This document shows, in pieces, positions 1 to 15,237 of a DNA stretch of 64,000 nucleotides. The position numbers and the translations under genes were made by a program. The notes under the pieces are model-generated. The model ran no database searches, was not told the origin of the DNA, and saw only the letters and a list, made by a program, of their open reading frames with translations. Each line of letters opens with the position of its first letter. Positions within the stretch are counted from its first letter, which is position 1. This stretch comes from Octopus vulgaris. Its lineage: Eukaryota. The stretch spans positions 162,254,001 to 162,318,000 of the forward strand of contig OX597816.1 in NCBI GenBank assembly GCA_951406725.2, in the 5' to 3' direction.

Positions 1-270
1 CTGAAAGTATGGCATTATTAATTTCACTTTCAGTGAGTTGGTCTGCAAATGGATAGACAATATTTGAGCAATATCACTTGGTGTTGATGGTGTCATAAAA
101 AAACATTGGTCGCACATCACTGTGGAGAGAATTTTAAACACCCTGTACTTACCAATAAAAATTAAAAAGAAAAGTTTAATCCAAAAGGCTCTTTTAATAT
201 ATTTAGGTATTGAAGTGAATGATGTTGGAAGATATGTAGCCTTATAGCCTTATGGTTGAAATTTATTAAA

Positions 271-357
271 CAACAAAAGACGAAGGCAGGTATATGAACA
301 ACAGGCGTTTGACACTTGGGAAATGAAAAAGCCTTTTACGTTTCGAGCCTTATGCCT
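271..357 (-). mobile_element. Fragment of PLE pseudo-LTR family P1 (HHR 3' half plus tail)
   Basis: Reverse complement (ggctcgaaacgtaaaagg...acctgccttcgtcttttg) matches 47881-48000. Confidence 0.55.
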
Positions 358-586
358 CCTTATAATTTTATGCATCCTTTGGCAACTTAAGAAAACGAAG
401 ATGAGGAAGACGAAGAAGATGAAGGAAATGAAGTGTGTAAATGAGTGTAAAGTTGAATGTTCCTATCATGTGTGAAGAATTTAAGGTTATTACTTTATTC
501 TTACTTGCATTCTTTTAATAGTTTCAGTTGCCGGACTGCGACTATGCTGGAGCACCGACCATTTTATTTTTATTCTTCACTTCTTT

Positions 587-895
587 TTAGTTTTGTTGCC
601 GCTTTATGATTGAAAGTAGGTCGATGATCGAGTCTGTAGTTGCTGATCTCCCTTGAGAGTATCCTTGAATGGTTGGTTGGTCAGGTATCATTGTTAGGAG
701 TTCATCCAATGCTTTTTCGAAAGTTTCAGTAGTGGTCCCTTTAATATTTCTAATTTTTGGGGGGTAAGCAGTTGAATACTTGAGGACCTCTGAACATTAG
801 ACTGGTACAATAGAGCGTTTTTGCTCATGAGTTTGAAGATGGTATTTGGAAACTGATGATACCTACCAGTTGGAGCATTAAAACTTTTACCCATT
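587..895 (-). mobile_element. CR1/L2-group LINE ORF2 C-terminal relic
   Basis: A minus frame missing from the ORF track reads KTLYCTSLMFRGPQVFNCLPPKIRNIKGTTTETFEKALDELLTMIPDQP...RQQN* (stop 587-589). The GPxxFNxLP...FKxxLD...PDQP pattern is typical of CR1/L2-type ORF2 ends. Confidence 0.75.
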
Positions 896-1427
896 TACTT
901 TTACTCCTTCCCCTCACTTAGCGGTCATTCAAATAGCTCTTGTCTTAATAACGGTCAATCACATTGTAATTTCCCTTTGATTTTCATAGCATTTTTTCCG
1001 ATGGCCGGATAACTAAAGAAATGGCGGCGTAGATTTCCACCCCGACATCCGAAACTCGGAGTTTTATCATGGCTACCGAATAATTGTCATATATTACATT
1101 TACATGGTTTTAAATTGATATTAATTAAATTAATATTCAATTTATCTCCCTCATTATTTAAATATATATATATATATATATAATAGAAATATTAAAATTA
1201 CTAAGTCTCTCTAAAGGAGATTACGGCAGCGTTACTGGAAATTAATAGTTATCGCCATACTTATATGGCAGTCTTATAAATATAAGACTACAGCTGTCGC
1301 TGATCAGCTCCAAGAGGCCACCGCCTCAAGCTAGCTATTTGACACACAATCTGCGTCCATTATAAACCTTCGAACAGGGGAGGTCAGCCGCTTCATCCTG
1401 CCAGTCAGACAGCTGCAGACATATTTC

Positions 1428-4086
<2,659 letters not shown>

Positions 4087-4904
4087 AAAGCGTGTGTCTG
4101 ATTGTCTGCCTGTACGTATGTATTTATGTATTGACGATAACACAATTTTCTCTCTATAGAAAATTAAACATCTTACAAAGGAGAATGCATATGTGTGTGC
4201 ATGTACATGTCTGTGTCTGCCTAGCGATTGTCTTTGCATATGTTACGTTCCTGTATCTGTGTGTGTGCGTATGTGTGCATTTGTATGTATGTATGACCCG
4301 TCAGCTTTCATTTTTCTTAACCACCCCACCCCCCATCTCACAATCATTCAATTCCGTTAATTATCTTGATTTATCGCTGTTTATTATTGTCTAAAGAGAC
4401 AAAGTCTGTTATTCAACATGGCGGTAATCTCGCAATTAAAACTTATTGTTCGATTCTTTAGCTTAATAAAAGACCAATGTTCTTCTCTTTGTTGTTGTTG
4501 CTCTGTTTTTATATTCCTTTTCTCTCTATATATAAACATCGAATAGACTTAACTATATTCCTCTTTAATGAATATCATTTTCAAAAATCTTAATTTTTCT
4601 CTCCATATTTCTAATGTTTGTTTTAATGTACTTATTTTAGTTTTATCTATCTTTTTTCATCTCATAATAAAATATTGTTTCTCTTATTTTTAAATCTTCA
4701 TTTCATATGTATTTTAGTTTACTACTACCTCCCATTTTATCATCGCCTGGAGGCGTACGCAAAATCATAGACCTAGTCATTATTTGTTAATATATAGACT
4801 GTGTAATGGCCGAAAGGCCAGAGAAACCGGGAAACCGTCCCTATGCTCCTTAAAGAGTAATGTGAACAATCCCACATCCGCTATAATAACCGAAAGTGCT
4901 TCAC

Positions 4905-5280
4905 CGTGAATACAAGCACCGAAATAGAATACTTCCGAAGGATCTCTAGTGTGATATCACTCGACAGGGTACGCATCTCGGAGATCACGGACTCTCTTCT
5001 GGTTGAGACGATTCTTCTTCGCGTGGAGTCGTCACAGCTCCGGTACTTTTGATTAGAATATTGCAGAAAAGAATTATAAGTCAGATTCTCCAAGCCGAGC
5101 CATCCCGAAGAAGGCCTAGGAGTAAACCAAGAACGAAATGGTTACAAAGTATCCATTCAGAAAATCTAATGATGGTTGTTTCTGATAGGACCCTATGGAG
5201 GAGGTGATTAAGGACTCGACACTCACGACCCTCCCAGCAATAGTAGGCGGAGAAATGGATGGATCGATGGATGGATGGAC
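4905..5280 (+). mobile_element. RTE-clade (Expander/Rex3-like) LINE 3' end with (TGGA)n tail
   Basis: Plus frames give EIEYFRRISSVISLDRVRISEITDSLLVETILLRVESSQLRYF* and KPRTKWLQ...VVSDRTLWRR, followed by a gaaatggatggatcgatggatggatgga tail. Confidence 0.8.
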
Positions 5281-5871
5281 AGACTTCTCGAAATTATAGT
5301 TTAACAGTCGAATGCTCATACCAGATCTAACTAGCCATTCAATCGTTAAATTGTATGGTACAATCAAATCATTTACACGACCTTAACGAATAAACGCTGT
5401 ATTGGTCTCTAAATTCTCGATAATATCATTTGTGGTTTCAGTTGTGTAGGATGGCCACATGATTGATATGTCTCATTGAGCATCTCTGCTACATGTTGCA
5501 ATGGAGTAAAACAGGAGCTAATGATTGAGTCCTCTTAATAGTCGCTTGATTTCACAGGCCACAGAGAGCAGCCAATTAGATATCTCACAGTTTAAACCTC
5601 ACTGTTTTATTTTATAAAATAGAATATATAAATAAGGATGTATAACATTTATGACACACATAAAATATGGGGACTTAATAAGGAAGGAAGGAAGGAAGGA
5701 AGGAAGGAAGGAAGGAAGGAAGAATACTCTGGGAGACTCTGAAAATACTCCTGGATATTTTTATACGTTTTCTGCCTAAGTCCTAGAAAACGTAGGTCTT
5801 TATACCGCGTTAAACAATTAGGAACATGGACAATCACTCCGCTGATAATAAGTCAATATCTCGAGATTTAA

Positions 5872-6070
5872 GGCAGAAGAGTTAGCATACTGGACAAAAT
5901 GATTCGTGGCATTCCGTTCATCTTTACATTCTGAGTTCGAATCACGCCGAGGTCGACAGTGTCTTTGATCCTTCCGGGCTAGATAAAATAAGTACCAATT
6001 GTGCACTGGTGTCAACGTAATTGACTTACGACTTCTCCGAGCATGCTGGCTTTCTGCCAAAATTGGAAAC
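5872..6070 (+). mobile_element. Degenerate SINE family B (tRNA-like head plus Meta-like domain)
   Basis: ttctgagttcgaatcacgccgaggtcgac...atccttccggg...aataagtacc, similar to the intact copy at 38445. Confidence 0.7.
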
Positions 6071-6374
6071 CAATGTCTCAAGATTCCATTTTCCGTGAAT
6101 AATTGTAATTTTATTTTCAAAGCAGTTGACCCCGATTGAATGAACCTGTGATCAAAGGCATTCCAACCATGCGTAATCAACTACTCAGCAATATGTTGGA
6201 CTATATTATTTAATGCACCCTCTTTTCAGTGTTATTGCTGTTGTCAAATACTAGGCTGACCTCGACAGAGTCGATCTATAATTTAGAGTTTTCCAGCTTG
6301 AGGAAACTATGATCAAAAGCAGCAATGCTGTGGCCATCCTGTGCTTTCCCGAGTGTATAAGCTTTTATTATTTA

Positions 6375-6890
6375 CTAGCAGTATCGCCCGGCGTTACTCG
6401 GGTTTGTAAGGGAAATAACTATATAAGCATTTTTAGAGAATTACTTCCCTTATAGATGCCAATTCGGGCTTTCTTAGCCATTTCTGTTTTGGTGTCTTCA
6501 AGCCATGAAGTCGTTGTTCTAAAAGAACGCTGGTCTCCTTGACAACGCTTTACGACGTTGATTTCCTTACACTCCCTTCCCCACAGCTTCACGAGGGAGG
6601 GAAGAAGGGGAAGAAGCAAACAGGTGCAGGTGTGACCATGGACGCCAACTCCGCCGCCATCGACACACGAAAAATTATGCATTAAAATGGAATAAAAAAT
6701 GATGTTAAATTATTTTTAAAAAAATCGTAGACTCATCGTAGACGCGCGCTAATACTCAGACGGGCTCGATATGAATCACGACTATAAGATACCCGAATTT
6801 GGTTAAACTGCACCGCAAAATGTGGGAGTAGTTAGGAATCTAAATCGAAGGGGACAGACACTCACACAACTACAGTTTTATATATATAGA
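6375..6890 (-). mobile_element. Non-autonomous Helitron
   Basis: Minus strand reads A|TCTATATATATAAAAC...cccgagtaacgccgggcgatactgCTAG|T: 5' TC, subterminal hairpin, 3' CTAG, AT target, no TSD. The 3' ~65 bp is shared with the copies at 48060 and 49809. Confidence 0.88.
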
Positions 6891-6990
6891 TTAGACATGT
6901 CTCCTTTCTCTGTTTGAGCTAGAAGTGCGAGATTTGGGTACTATGTCTAGCTGGGATGTATATATACATGTATATATATATATATATATA

Positions 6991-7167
6991 TTTCAGTGCG
7001 GTCATACTGGAGCACCGCCTTTAGTCGAACAAATCGACCACATGACTTATTCTTTGTAAGGCTAGTACTTATTCCGCTAAGTTACGGTGACGTAAATACA
7101 CCAAAATCGGTTGTCAAGCGATGGTGGGAGGACAAACACAGATACACAAATACATAGATACATAGAT

Positions 7168-7217
<50 letters not shown>

Positions 7218-7372
7218 GATAGGATTCTTTCAGTTTTCCTCTATCAAAACCACTTACAAGGCTTTGTTCGGCCCGAGGCTATACTAAAAGACACTTGCCT
7301 AAAGTGCCACGCAGTGGGACTGAAACTGGAACCAAGTGGTTGGGAAGCCAGCTTCTTACCACACAGCCACTC
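6991..7372 (-). mobile_element. SINE family A (tRNA-derived head, CORE-like motif, internal microsatellite)
   Basis: Same architecture as the copies at 29067, 34865, 39265 and 58936; A-box tggctgtgtgg on the minus strand. Confidence 0.85.
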
Positions 7373-7495
7373 TATGTATATATGTATATATGTGTGTGTG
7401 TGTCTTTGCGCGCGCGCGTGTTATTGCGTGTTTGTGTCTGTGGAGCATTCATTCCGGACAATCGTGCGATACTGTAAAATTTCTCTTCTTTTTAA

Positions 7496-7640
7496 GGTGC
7501 TGAGCTAGCAGAAGCGTTAGCACTCCGGGCGAAATGCTTAGCAGTATTTCGTCTGTGTTTACGTTCTGAGTTCAAATACCGCCGAGGTCGAATTTGCCTT
7601 TCATCATTTCGGGGTCGATAAATAAAGTACCAGTTGCGTA
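7496..7640 (+). mobile_element. SINE family B, 3'-truncated
   Basis: gagctagcagaagcgttagc...gagttcaaataccgccgaggtcga...gcctttcatcatttcggggtcgataaataaagtacc. Confidence 0.85.
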
Positions 7641-7984
7641 GAGTAGAAAAGAATATTTAACTCCTTTTCGACTTTCTCTACACCTTTCCCTCCTCTCTCT
7701 CTCTCTTCGTGTCTCCTCTCTCTGAGACGAGACAGGGAGAGGAAATAATTGTTTCTCTTTTTTTCTTTTATTTTTTTAGGGAATCGTGTTGGTGGTCGTG
7801 GCAGTGGCGGGGCTGTCGACAGAATATGCTATAATATCTATTTAAACAAATATTCCGTCTTCGGTAACAATCGTCTTTCTGCCATTGCGAGAAATCATTA
7901 CACACGCTTGCGCGTACGTACTCGCTCACACTCAGACTCACATACCCACCTACACACATACACACACACACACTAGTAGTTTGG

Positions 7985-8155
7985 ACTTTAGCTGTTCTTT
8001 CTAGCGTGAAGGATTCCTATGATGGAAACCTTTTAATGTGTTTAAATGTACACTGTATTTTATATGAATAATAATATATGGTCTATTGACTAATTTTTCT
8101 ATATTCTAGGCCACTGGTAGTAAAAATTTCTAAAATATTTATTACCCTCATATTA

Positions 8156-8160
<5 letters not shown>
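7985..8160 (+). repeat. Unclassified interspersed repeat (second copy at 26425-26590, minus strand)
   Basis: Shared ttctagcgt...tgtgtttaaatgtacact...gtctattgacta...ctagRccactggtRgt...tttcta...taccct; both copies lie next to (TA)n. Confidence 0.6.
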
Positions 8161-8223
<63 letters not shown>

Positions 8224-8247
8224 TAATATGAGGGTTATATTTATATA

Positions 8248-8446
<199 letters not shown>

Positions 8447-8511
8447 CTAGATGTGTATAAATATATATATACATACAGATATAATTGTGTATGTGTATGT
8501 ATGTGTAGTTT

Positions 8512-8720
8512 GTGTTTGCATTTGCCCCACACCACCACGTGATAACCGATGTTGGCTCGTTTATTCCCCGTAATTTATCGGTTCAACAAAAGAAGACCAA
8601 GAGAATATGTAGGAGGATTGTAAAAACTGAATACTGGAGTCGATTCGTTCGGGTAAAATTCTTCAGAGCGGTGCACCAGCATGGTCGCACTTTGATAAAT
8701 GAAAAAGTGCAAAATAAAAA
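8512..8720 (+). mobile_element. Diverged 3' half of SINE family A
   Basis: aaccgatgttgg...cggttcaacaaaagaagacc...gcggtgcaccagcatggtcgca matches the family A tail. Confidence 0.65.
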
Positions 8721-9831
8721 GGCGTACACGATAATGGCGGATCTGCCGCTAAACAACAACGACGGCGGCTGCGGCGGCGGCGACAGCACCGACGGCACCG
8801 GCGCTGCAACCGATGACAACGACGATGACTACGAAGAGAGATATGAGAGCTGATATTCTTCACCCGCATCGACTCAGTACATTAAAAAACTCTCTTAGAC
8901 CAGTTTGTCTCAAAGACTACAACAATTATTATTTTTTTTTTTTTTGTAAACAATTCTAAAAGTACCAAGATTTTATACCGAAAAGATCCCTTAGTTTTTG
9001 GTTCCAAAACTTTAAAATAAACCAAACTTTCCAAAAAATATATGTAAAATATCGCCAGAGAAATTCATAGAATGTTTATAATAAAGAATGATGAGAATAC
9101 AACATTTTTTACATTCGTCGTATCGTTTTGACATCACATATTCCAAAATATGACAAAATAGACAATATATATTTCTGACTCCCAGAGGGGATTGTTATAT
9201 TTCTGCGAGAATCGAAGAATTCAGAAACCGAACCAAAAACTCTCTTTCTATTCATTTCTTTCTCTGTCTGCATCAGTCAGTCAGTCTTCGAGACTTTCAT
9301 GCGAGAGATGGAGAAAACAAACATTTTCCGATTCTTCAAGTTATCACTGATGTCGCTAACATGTCTGAAAAGAACTGTGTGACTGCGTCTGTGTCTGTGT
9401 TTGCACATGCGTGAAGTGTGTGTTTGCATGTGCGAGTAATTAGCAGTTTAATGATGGAGCAGAATTATAAAGGCAGCTAGCTGTGTAATGCATAGTTCTC
9501 CTTCCCCCTTCTCCTGTCGCGAAGACACGCTTTATAACATAGTGGAAACAAGAAAAGAAATTGAAAATATCTAATTAAACTCGGAAGAGTCTGCTTAAAT
9601 TTATTACTTGATAACAATTTCAGTGTCATTATTGCAGGTATAAAATAAGCTCTTTCTATCTACATCTAGCTTTCTTGTTCTGTGTAGCATTTCTTTGTCT
9701 TATTTTCTTCCCTTTTAATCCTATCTACTCCAATAATCTATCTAGCTATCTATCTGTCTATCTGTCTATCTTATCTATCTTATGTATCAGTATACCCATC
9801 AAGATTTCTTTTTAACTATTCTATTAAGCAG

Positions 9832-9832
<1 letters not shown>

Positions 9833-9915
<83 letters not shown>

Positions 9916-9930
9916 TTATATATATATATG

Positions 9931-10005
<75 letters not shown>

Positions 10006-10006
10006 G

Positions 10007-10042
<36 letters not shown>

Positions 10043-10442
10043 TGTATGTATGAATATATGTGTGTGTATATATATATATATATTTATTTATTTATTTATA
10101 TATTTGTTTATTTATCTATCTATCTCTCTAATAATATTTACACCGAATACGTCTTTCCTGCTACGCCTTTTGTGACAATTTCCATGTTAAAACGAAGCTC
10201 TAATGAATTTAAAATGCATTTCTGATCCCCAAACATCTTTTCCTTTATTGTTTAGAAAGTAATTTACAATTTTACTGCATACATACATACATACATACAT
10301 ACATACATACATACATACATACATACATACATACATACATAAATACATAATACATACATACATACATACATACATACATACATACATACATACATACATG
10401 CATACATGCATACATACACACATACATACATACATACATACA

Positions 10443-10476
<34 letters not shown>

Positions 10477-10560
10477 CATACATACATACATACATACATA
10501 CATACATACATACATACATACACACATACATACATACATATATATAAATATATACATATA
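9833..10560. repeat. (TA)n, (TG)n, (TATG)n and (ATAC)n microsatellites
   Basis: Directly visible. Confidence 0.95.
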
Positions 10561-10919
10561 TTGTATCCTCTATTTTTCATTCCTTCTTCCTAAGTTCTTT
10601 TCTCTATTCTTTCTAACTTGCTTTTGTATTCTAGAGGTAGGTAGACTTCAATGTACATGTTTGTTAAATTTGACAAGAATCCTAATAAAATAAGTTTCAC
10701 AAGAAACGCTAAAAGTTCCATTAAACCGTGGTTGTCATTTAATTAAAACCTTTACTAAGACAATAGATACTCACCTCTCTTATTCTAACTCTCTTTCTCT
10801 CTCCTGATTTCTTAACTCTCTGCTATCAGTTTATCTATCTGGTTTTCCTATTCTAAATACCATTTGTTGATGTATGTTCTTTTCTTTCAACAGAAATGCC
10901 TTTTTTTTTTCTTCCCCAG

Positions 10920-10955
10920 ATGGAACTGGAATCATGTGTCGGTAATTTAGTGAAG
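10920..10955 (+). other. Candidate 36-nt cassette micro-exon
   Basis: Strong acceptor (T)10cttccccAG, donor AAG|gtaaaa, length divisible by 3, frame 0 reads MELESCVGNLVK. No homology evidence. Confidence 0.3.
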
Positions 10956-11229
10956 GTAAAATAAAATGAAAGCGTGAAATGAAATTAAAGTTGTCAAAAT
11001 AATTTTAAACACAAACACATTCGCATTTATGCGCAGAGTACACATGCGTGCGCACTACACACGCTCTCTCTCTCTCTCTCACACACATATGAATATACAC
11101 ATATATGTTTATATATGTATGTGAGTATATGTGTATACGTAAGTATGTTTGTATGTATATATATATATATGTATATATATATACGTATAAATAAATACGC
11201 GCAAAAATGCATTCATACATACACACACA

Positions 11230-11286
<57 letters not shown>

Positions 11287-11577
11287 ACACACACATACAC
11301 ACACACACATATAGCGATGATCTTTATCGGAGAGGCAGCAAATTGAATTGTCAAGAATGAAGTGTTCAGAGAATGTGTGACATGGTATATAATGGGAAAT
11401 TCCTTGTGCTCTGGAATCAGTGGGATCATGCAATCTGGTTTCAAATCATTGTTTGACTGGCCTGGAAAACATTATTTCAATCAAGCCACCATGGTTTACC
11501 ATTTACAGGGACAACTGTCGCGGAACACTGAAGAAGCGTTTTAGTGGTCACCATTTTTATTATTATCATTATTATTC

Positions 11578-13012
11578 AGTAGTCTTATTTTTATCAGAGT
11601 TTTTCAGGTAGGTGTCTAGGCCAGTTGTGGCAATCTTCATTGTTAATGCCAGTTGTAAAAGTCCACGGCCTCCCTCTTTTCTTGGCAGATAAAGTCGTTC
11701 TATATCTGACTTAGGGTGGTGCATTCAATGCATTGACAACAATTTTCTTATTTTTCCGTCAAGATTACATATTTCAGTAATTGACCAGTTAACGATATTG
11801 AAACTGTAAGTCACGACTGGTATGCCTAAAGCAGTGATTGCTTCGATCCTGTCTCTTGCATTCAGCTCTGTCTCGAGTATTGCTCTTACTCTGCGATAAC
11901 ATTCTCTCCTGATCCTTTCCTTGATCACTGAATGCCTTATTCCATCCCCTTCAATTACCCCTAGGTACTTGTAGCTCTCCGCTTGGTCGAACTCTTTTAT
12001 GACATTCTGCTGGTCAAGGTTAACGTTAGATGTTTCTATAATTTTTCCTTTGATAAAGGTAGCTGTTGCACGTTTATCGAGGCCAAATTGCATTCTGATG
12101 TCATCACGGAATTGTTTAACAATCGCTAGTAAGCCTTTGAGTTATTCGTCATTTTTTGCAAAGAGCATTAAATCATTCATGTAAATGAGAGGGTTTATAT
12201 TTTTATCCAACATTTTATAACCGTATTGAGCAAATTTGCATCATTGAGCAATTTTGAGAGAGGTGTTAAGGCTAAACAAAAGAGGAGTGGTGATAGCCAG
12301 TTACCTTGGAAAATACCACATGAAAATTATACATCTCCAGCATTTAGAGATTCACTGTCACTGTTCAAAGTCAGTGTGGTTCTCCATGATCTCATACTTC
12401 CAGACAAAAAGTTTCGCAGATTAGGCGCTATTTTATATATTTCCAGACATTTCTTAATCCAGATATGTGGTAGTTTATCCAGGCTATTGACAAGTCTTTG
12501 TGTCGTTTGAGACAATCTTCTAAGATCATCTTATTGATGAGTAGCTGATCTTTACAACCATAAGATCCACGTTTACATCCTTTTTGCTCATTAGGGAATA
12601 TGCTACTTTCCATTAAAAAACTATAGGTATATTCAGTCAGGACAGATGCTAGCGTTTTATATATAATTGTTAAGCAGGTTATGGGTCGATAGTTATTTGG
12701 TTCATTTGTTTCTTCATTCTTTGAAAGTAGGAATGTTAAACCATTAACTATCCAAGATGCGATCATACTAGGATATTGCAAAACATCGTTGTAAATTTCT
12801 GTTAGCAGTTCATGGCTCTCTGGGAAGGCATTCAACCAGAAGGTCGGAATTTTATCCTTTCCTGGAGACTTCCATTTGCTTGACCTCCTGAGAGCAGATC
12901 TTATATCTTCTACCTTGACACCCTCCCACTTTTGCTCCTCTAAGAAGTCTAAGTCTGTAGATATTCTATCAATCCAAGGGGGCTTTTCATTGTGTGCTTT
13001 TTCTTCTGCCCA
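11578..13012 (-). mobile_element. R4/Dong-like (RLE-type) non-LTR retrotransposon, reverse transcriptase relic
   Basis: Frameshifted ORFs with NYRPITCL, EQKGCKRGSYGCKDQLLINKMI, IYMNDL (decayed YMDD, ~12173-12184), MQFGLDK, YKYLGV, PKSDIERLYLPRKEGGRGL. Confidence 0.9.
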
Positions 13013-13015
13013 AAT

Positions 13016-13489
13016 TCAGAACGTAACGGCAAACAAAATCCCTCTAGGCATTTCGCCCGGCGTGCTAAAGTTTCTTATTTCTTTATTGCCCACAAGGGGC
13101 TAAACATAGAGGGGACAAACAAGGACAGGCAAAGGTATTAAGTCGATTACATTGACTCCAGTGCGTAACTGATACTTAATTTATCGACCCCGATAGAACG
13201 AAAAGCAAAGTCAACCTTAGTGGAATTTGAACTCCGAACGTTACAGCCGACGAAATACCTATTATTTTACTACCCGCAATGGGCTTAACACAGAGGGGAC
13301 AAACAAGGGCAGATAAACGGATCAAGTCGATTACATCGAGCCAGTGCGTAACTGGTACTTATTTTGATCGACCCCGAAAGGATGAAAGGCAATGTCGACC
13401 TCGGCGGATTTGAACTCAGAACGTAACGGCAGACGAAATACCGCTAAGCATTTCGTCCAGCGTGCTCACGTTTCTACCAGCTCACCGCC
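13016..13489 (-). mobile_element. SINE family B tandem multimer (about 2.3 units)
   Basis: Full head at 13489, two Meta-like domain plus tail units, then a further head fragment; it truncates the R4 relic. Confidence 0.85.
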
Positions 13490-14283
13490 TTTTTTCCGTT
13501 CTATTTTCTCACCAATTGATTTCCTCCTCCGTCTTTCTTCTTCTCACATCATCTCTCTTCATCTCCCTTCTTCTCTCCCTCTTTTTTTTTCTCCTTATCT
13601 TCACTTCTTTCTTTCTCCCCCTCCTCTAACTCTGCATTCCTTATTCTTTCTTTCTTTCTTTCTTTTTATTTATTTATTTATTTCCAGATGTTTGTCTTCT
13701 GCTCTTCTTGTTTCCGCTCACAGTTTATTCGACACACACCTCACGGTCTTCCCAATTTTTGAAATTCCTGCATTCTCTCACACTCACAGTATGCGTGTAT
13801 GCGTGTGTTTCTCTTTGCGCACGCATATATTAGCTGGATGAGTTTATATATACATGCGTGCGTATGTGTGTATGTGTAACTATATGCATGTATGTTATGT
13901 GTCTATGAATGTATGTATGGATATACACACAGACAGATAAACAGATAGATGTGTACTTTTAGCCTCGCTGTCCAAACACACTCAGTATTCGAACCACAAA
14001 CCTCCAACAGTTGAACAGAATGAAGAAAACGGTCAACATTGTTACCCTGATCTTGATCAGCTTATCAGAAAAGTGTTTGCTTCATACCATCTGTGTAGAG
14101 AGAGGCACAGAGAGAGGTGAGAAGAGGGAATAGTTTTAAGATGATTGTAAAATTAACACCACGAGCAACCGCTACTATATTATCTCATTTGCATATCGAT
14201 GTATTTATTAATCCACGACTTCAATGAACATTGATAATTTTTCCATCGTCTTGGCTTAACAGTCCTCACCGTTTGTTTTTACT

Positions 14284-14700
14284 GTTAAACACATTCGGTA
14301 TGCAAATTAGGGACTCCTTCATAGAGTAACTGCTGCATTTGTTGAGTATATAAACAGTTTGGTTTCTTGCTTCTCTGGAGACTGTCAGATTTATGTAGAT
14401 GCCTCTGATGAGAACTCAATAAGGTTCGAAAAGGCTGTTCAAACATTTTTTTTTCAGTCTGCGGAGAAATGGCTAAAAATTTTCCCTATATGTTACACAT
14501 TTATTATATCATAGCTTGATACTGTGTGAACTAAGATCCCCCATGACAGGCGGCTGGTATTTATAGTGTTAAACACTTTCTGTTTGCAAATTAGGGACTC
14601 CTTCATAGACGTCTCCGATGGGAACCCAATAAGGTTAAAAAATCTATTAAGGTTGTTCAAACATTTTTTTAGTCTGCAGAGAAATGGCTAAAAATTTGCT
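14284..14700 (+). repeat. Imperfect tandem duplication containing an HHR-like motif (PLE pseudo-LTR-like)
   Basis: tgttaaacac...gcaaattagggactccttcataga and tgttcaaacatttttt...agaaatggctaaaaattt each occur twice; gcctCTGATGAgaactcaataaggttcGAAA near 14401-14432. Confidence 0.6.
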
Positions 14701-14708
14701 CTGCTTAG

Positions 14709-14748
<40 letters not shown>

Positions 14749-14752
<4 letters not shown>

Positions 14753-14960
14753 GTGTCCCAAAAAAATGTATACACACTTTAGCAGCTGATAACTCGTTTG
14801 ATATTTTTTCTTTCCAGATGAAACCTATAGGATTTAATGATGGCAGTCACATTAAGCTTTGAACAAAGAAAATTCATTCTAAAATTATACTGGAAGTGTG
14901 AAAATGCAGTTGAAGTGCAAAAACAGTTAAAGTATGCATACATTTTTGGGGGACACCTTG
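14749..14960 (+). mobile_element. Internally deleted Tc1/mariner (rosa-like) MITE
   Basis: TIRs cagagtgtcccaaaaaaatgtatacacacttta / taaagtatgcatacatttttgggggacaccttg with TA flanks; retains a transposase-like N-terminus MMAVTLSFEQRKFILKLYWKCENAVEVQKQ (DUF4817-like). Confidence 0.8.
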
Positions 14961-14998
14961 TATATATATATACAGGGTGTCCCCCCCCCCAAAAAAAA

Positions 14999-15040
<42 letters not shown>

Positions 15041-15189
15041 CAGAAATACACAGACAAATACTCATCGACTCAGTCACACATCTCTGGGGCTGTCTTGATC
15101 GTTAGTGTTTTTGGCCTTAAAAAGTATTTATCATACTGCTTATAATACAAACGCATTATACATTACAATACATTACACATACGCATGTC

Positions 15190-15237
<48 letters not shown>

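Noticed and set aside
11340-11545. Possible continuation (RLE domain) of the adjacent R4/Dong relic
   Set aside because: No recognisable CCHC or PD-(D/E)xK motif in the frames examined.
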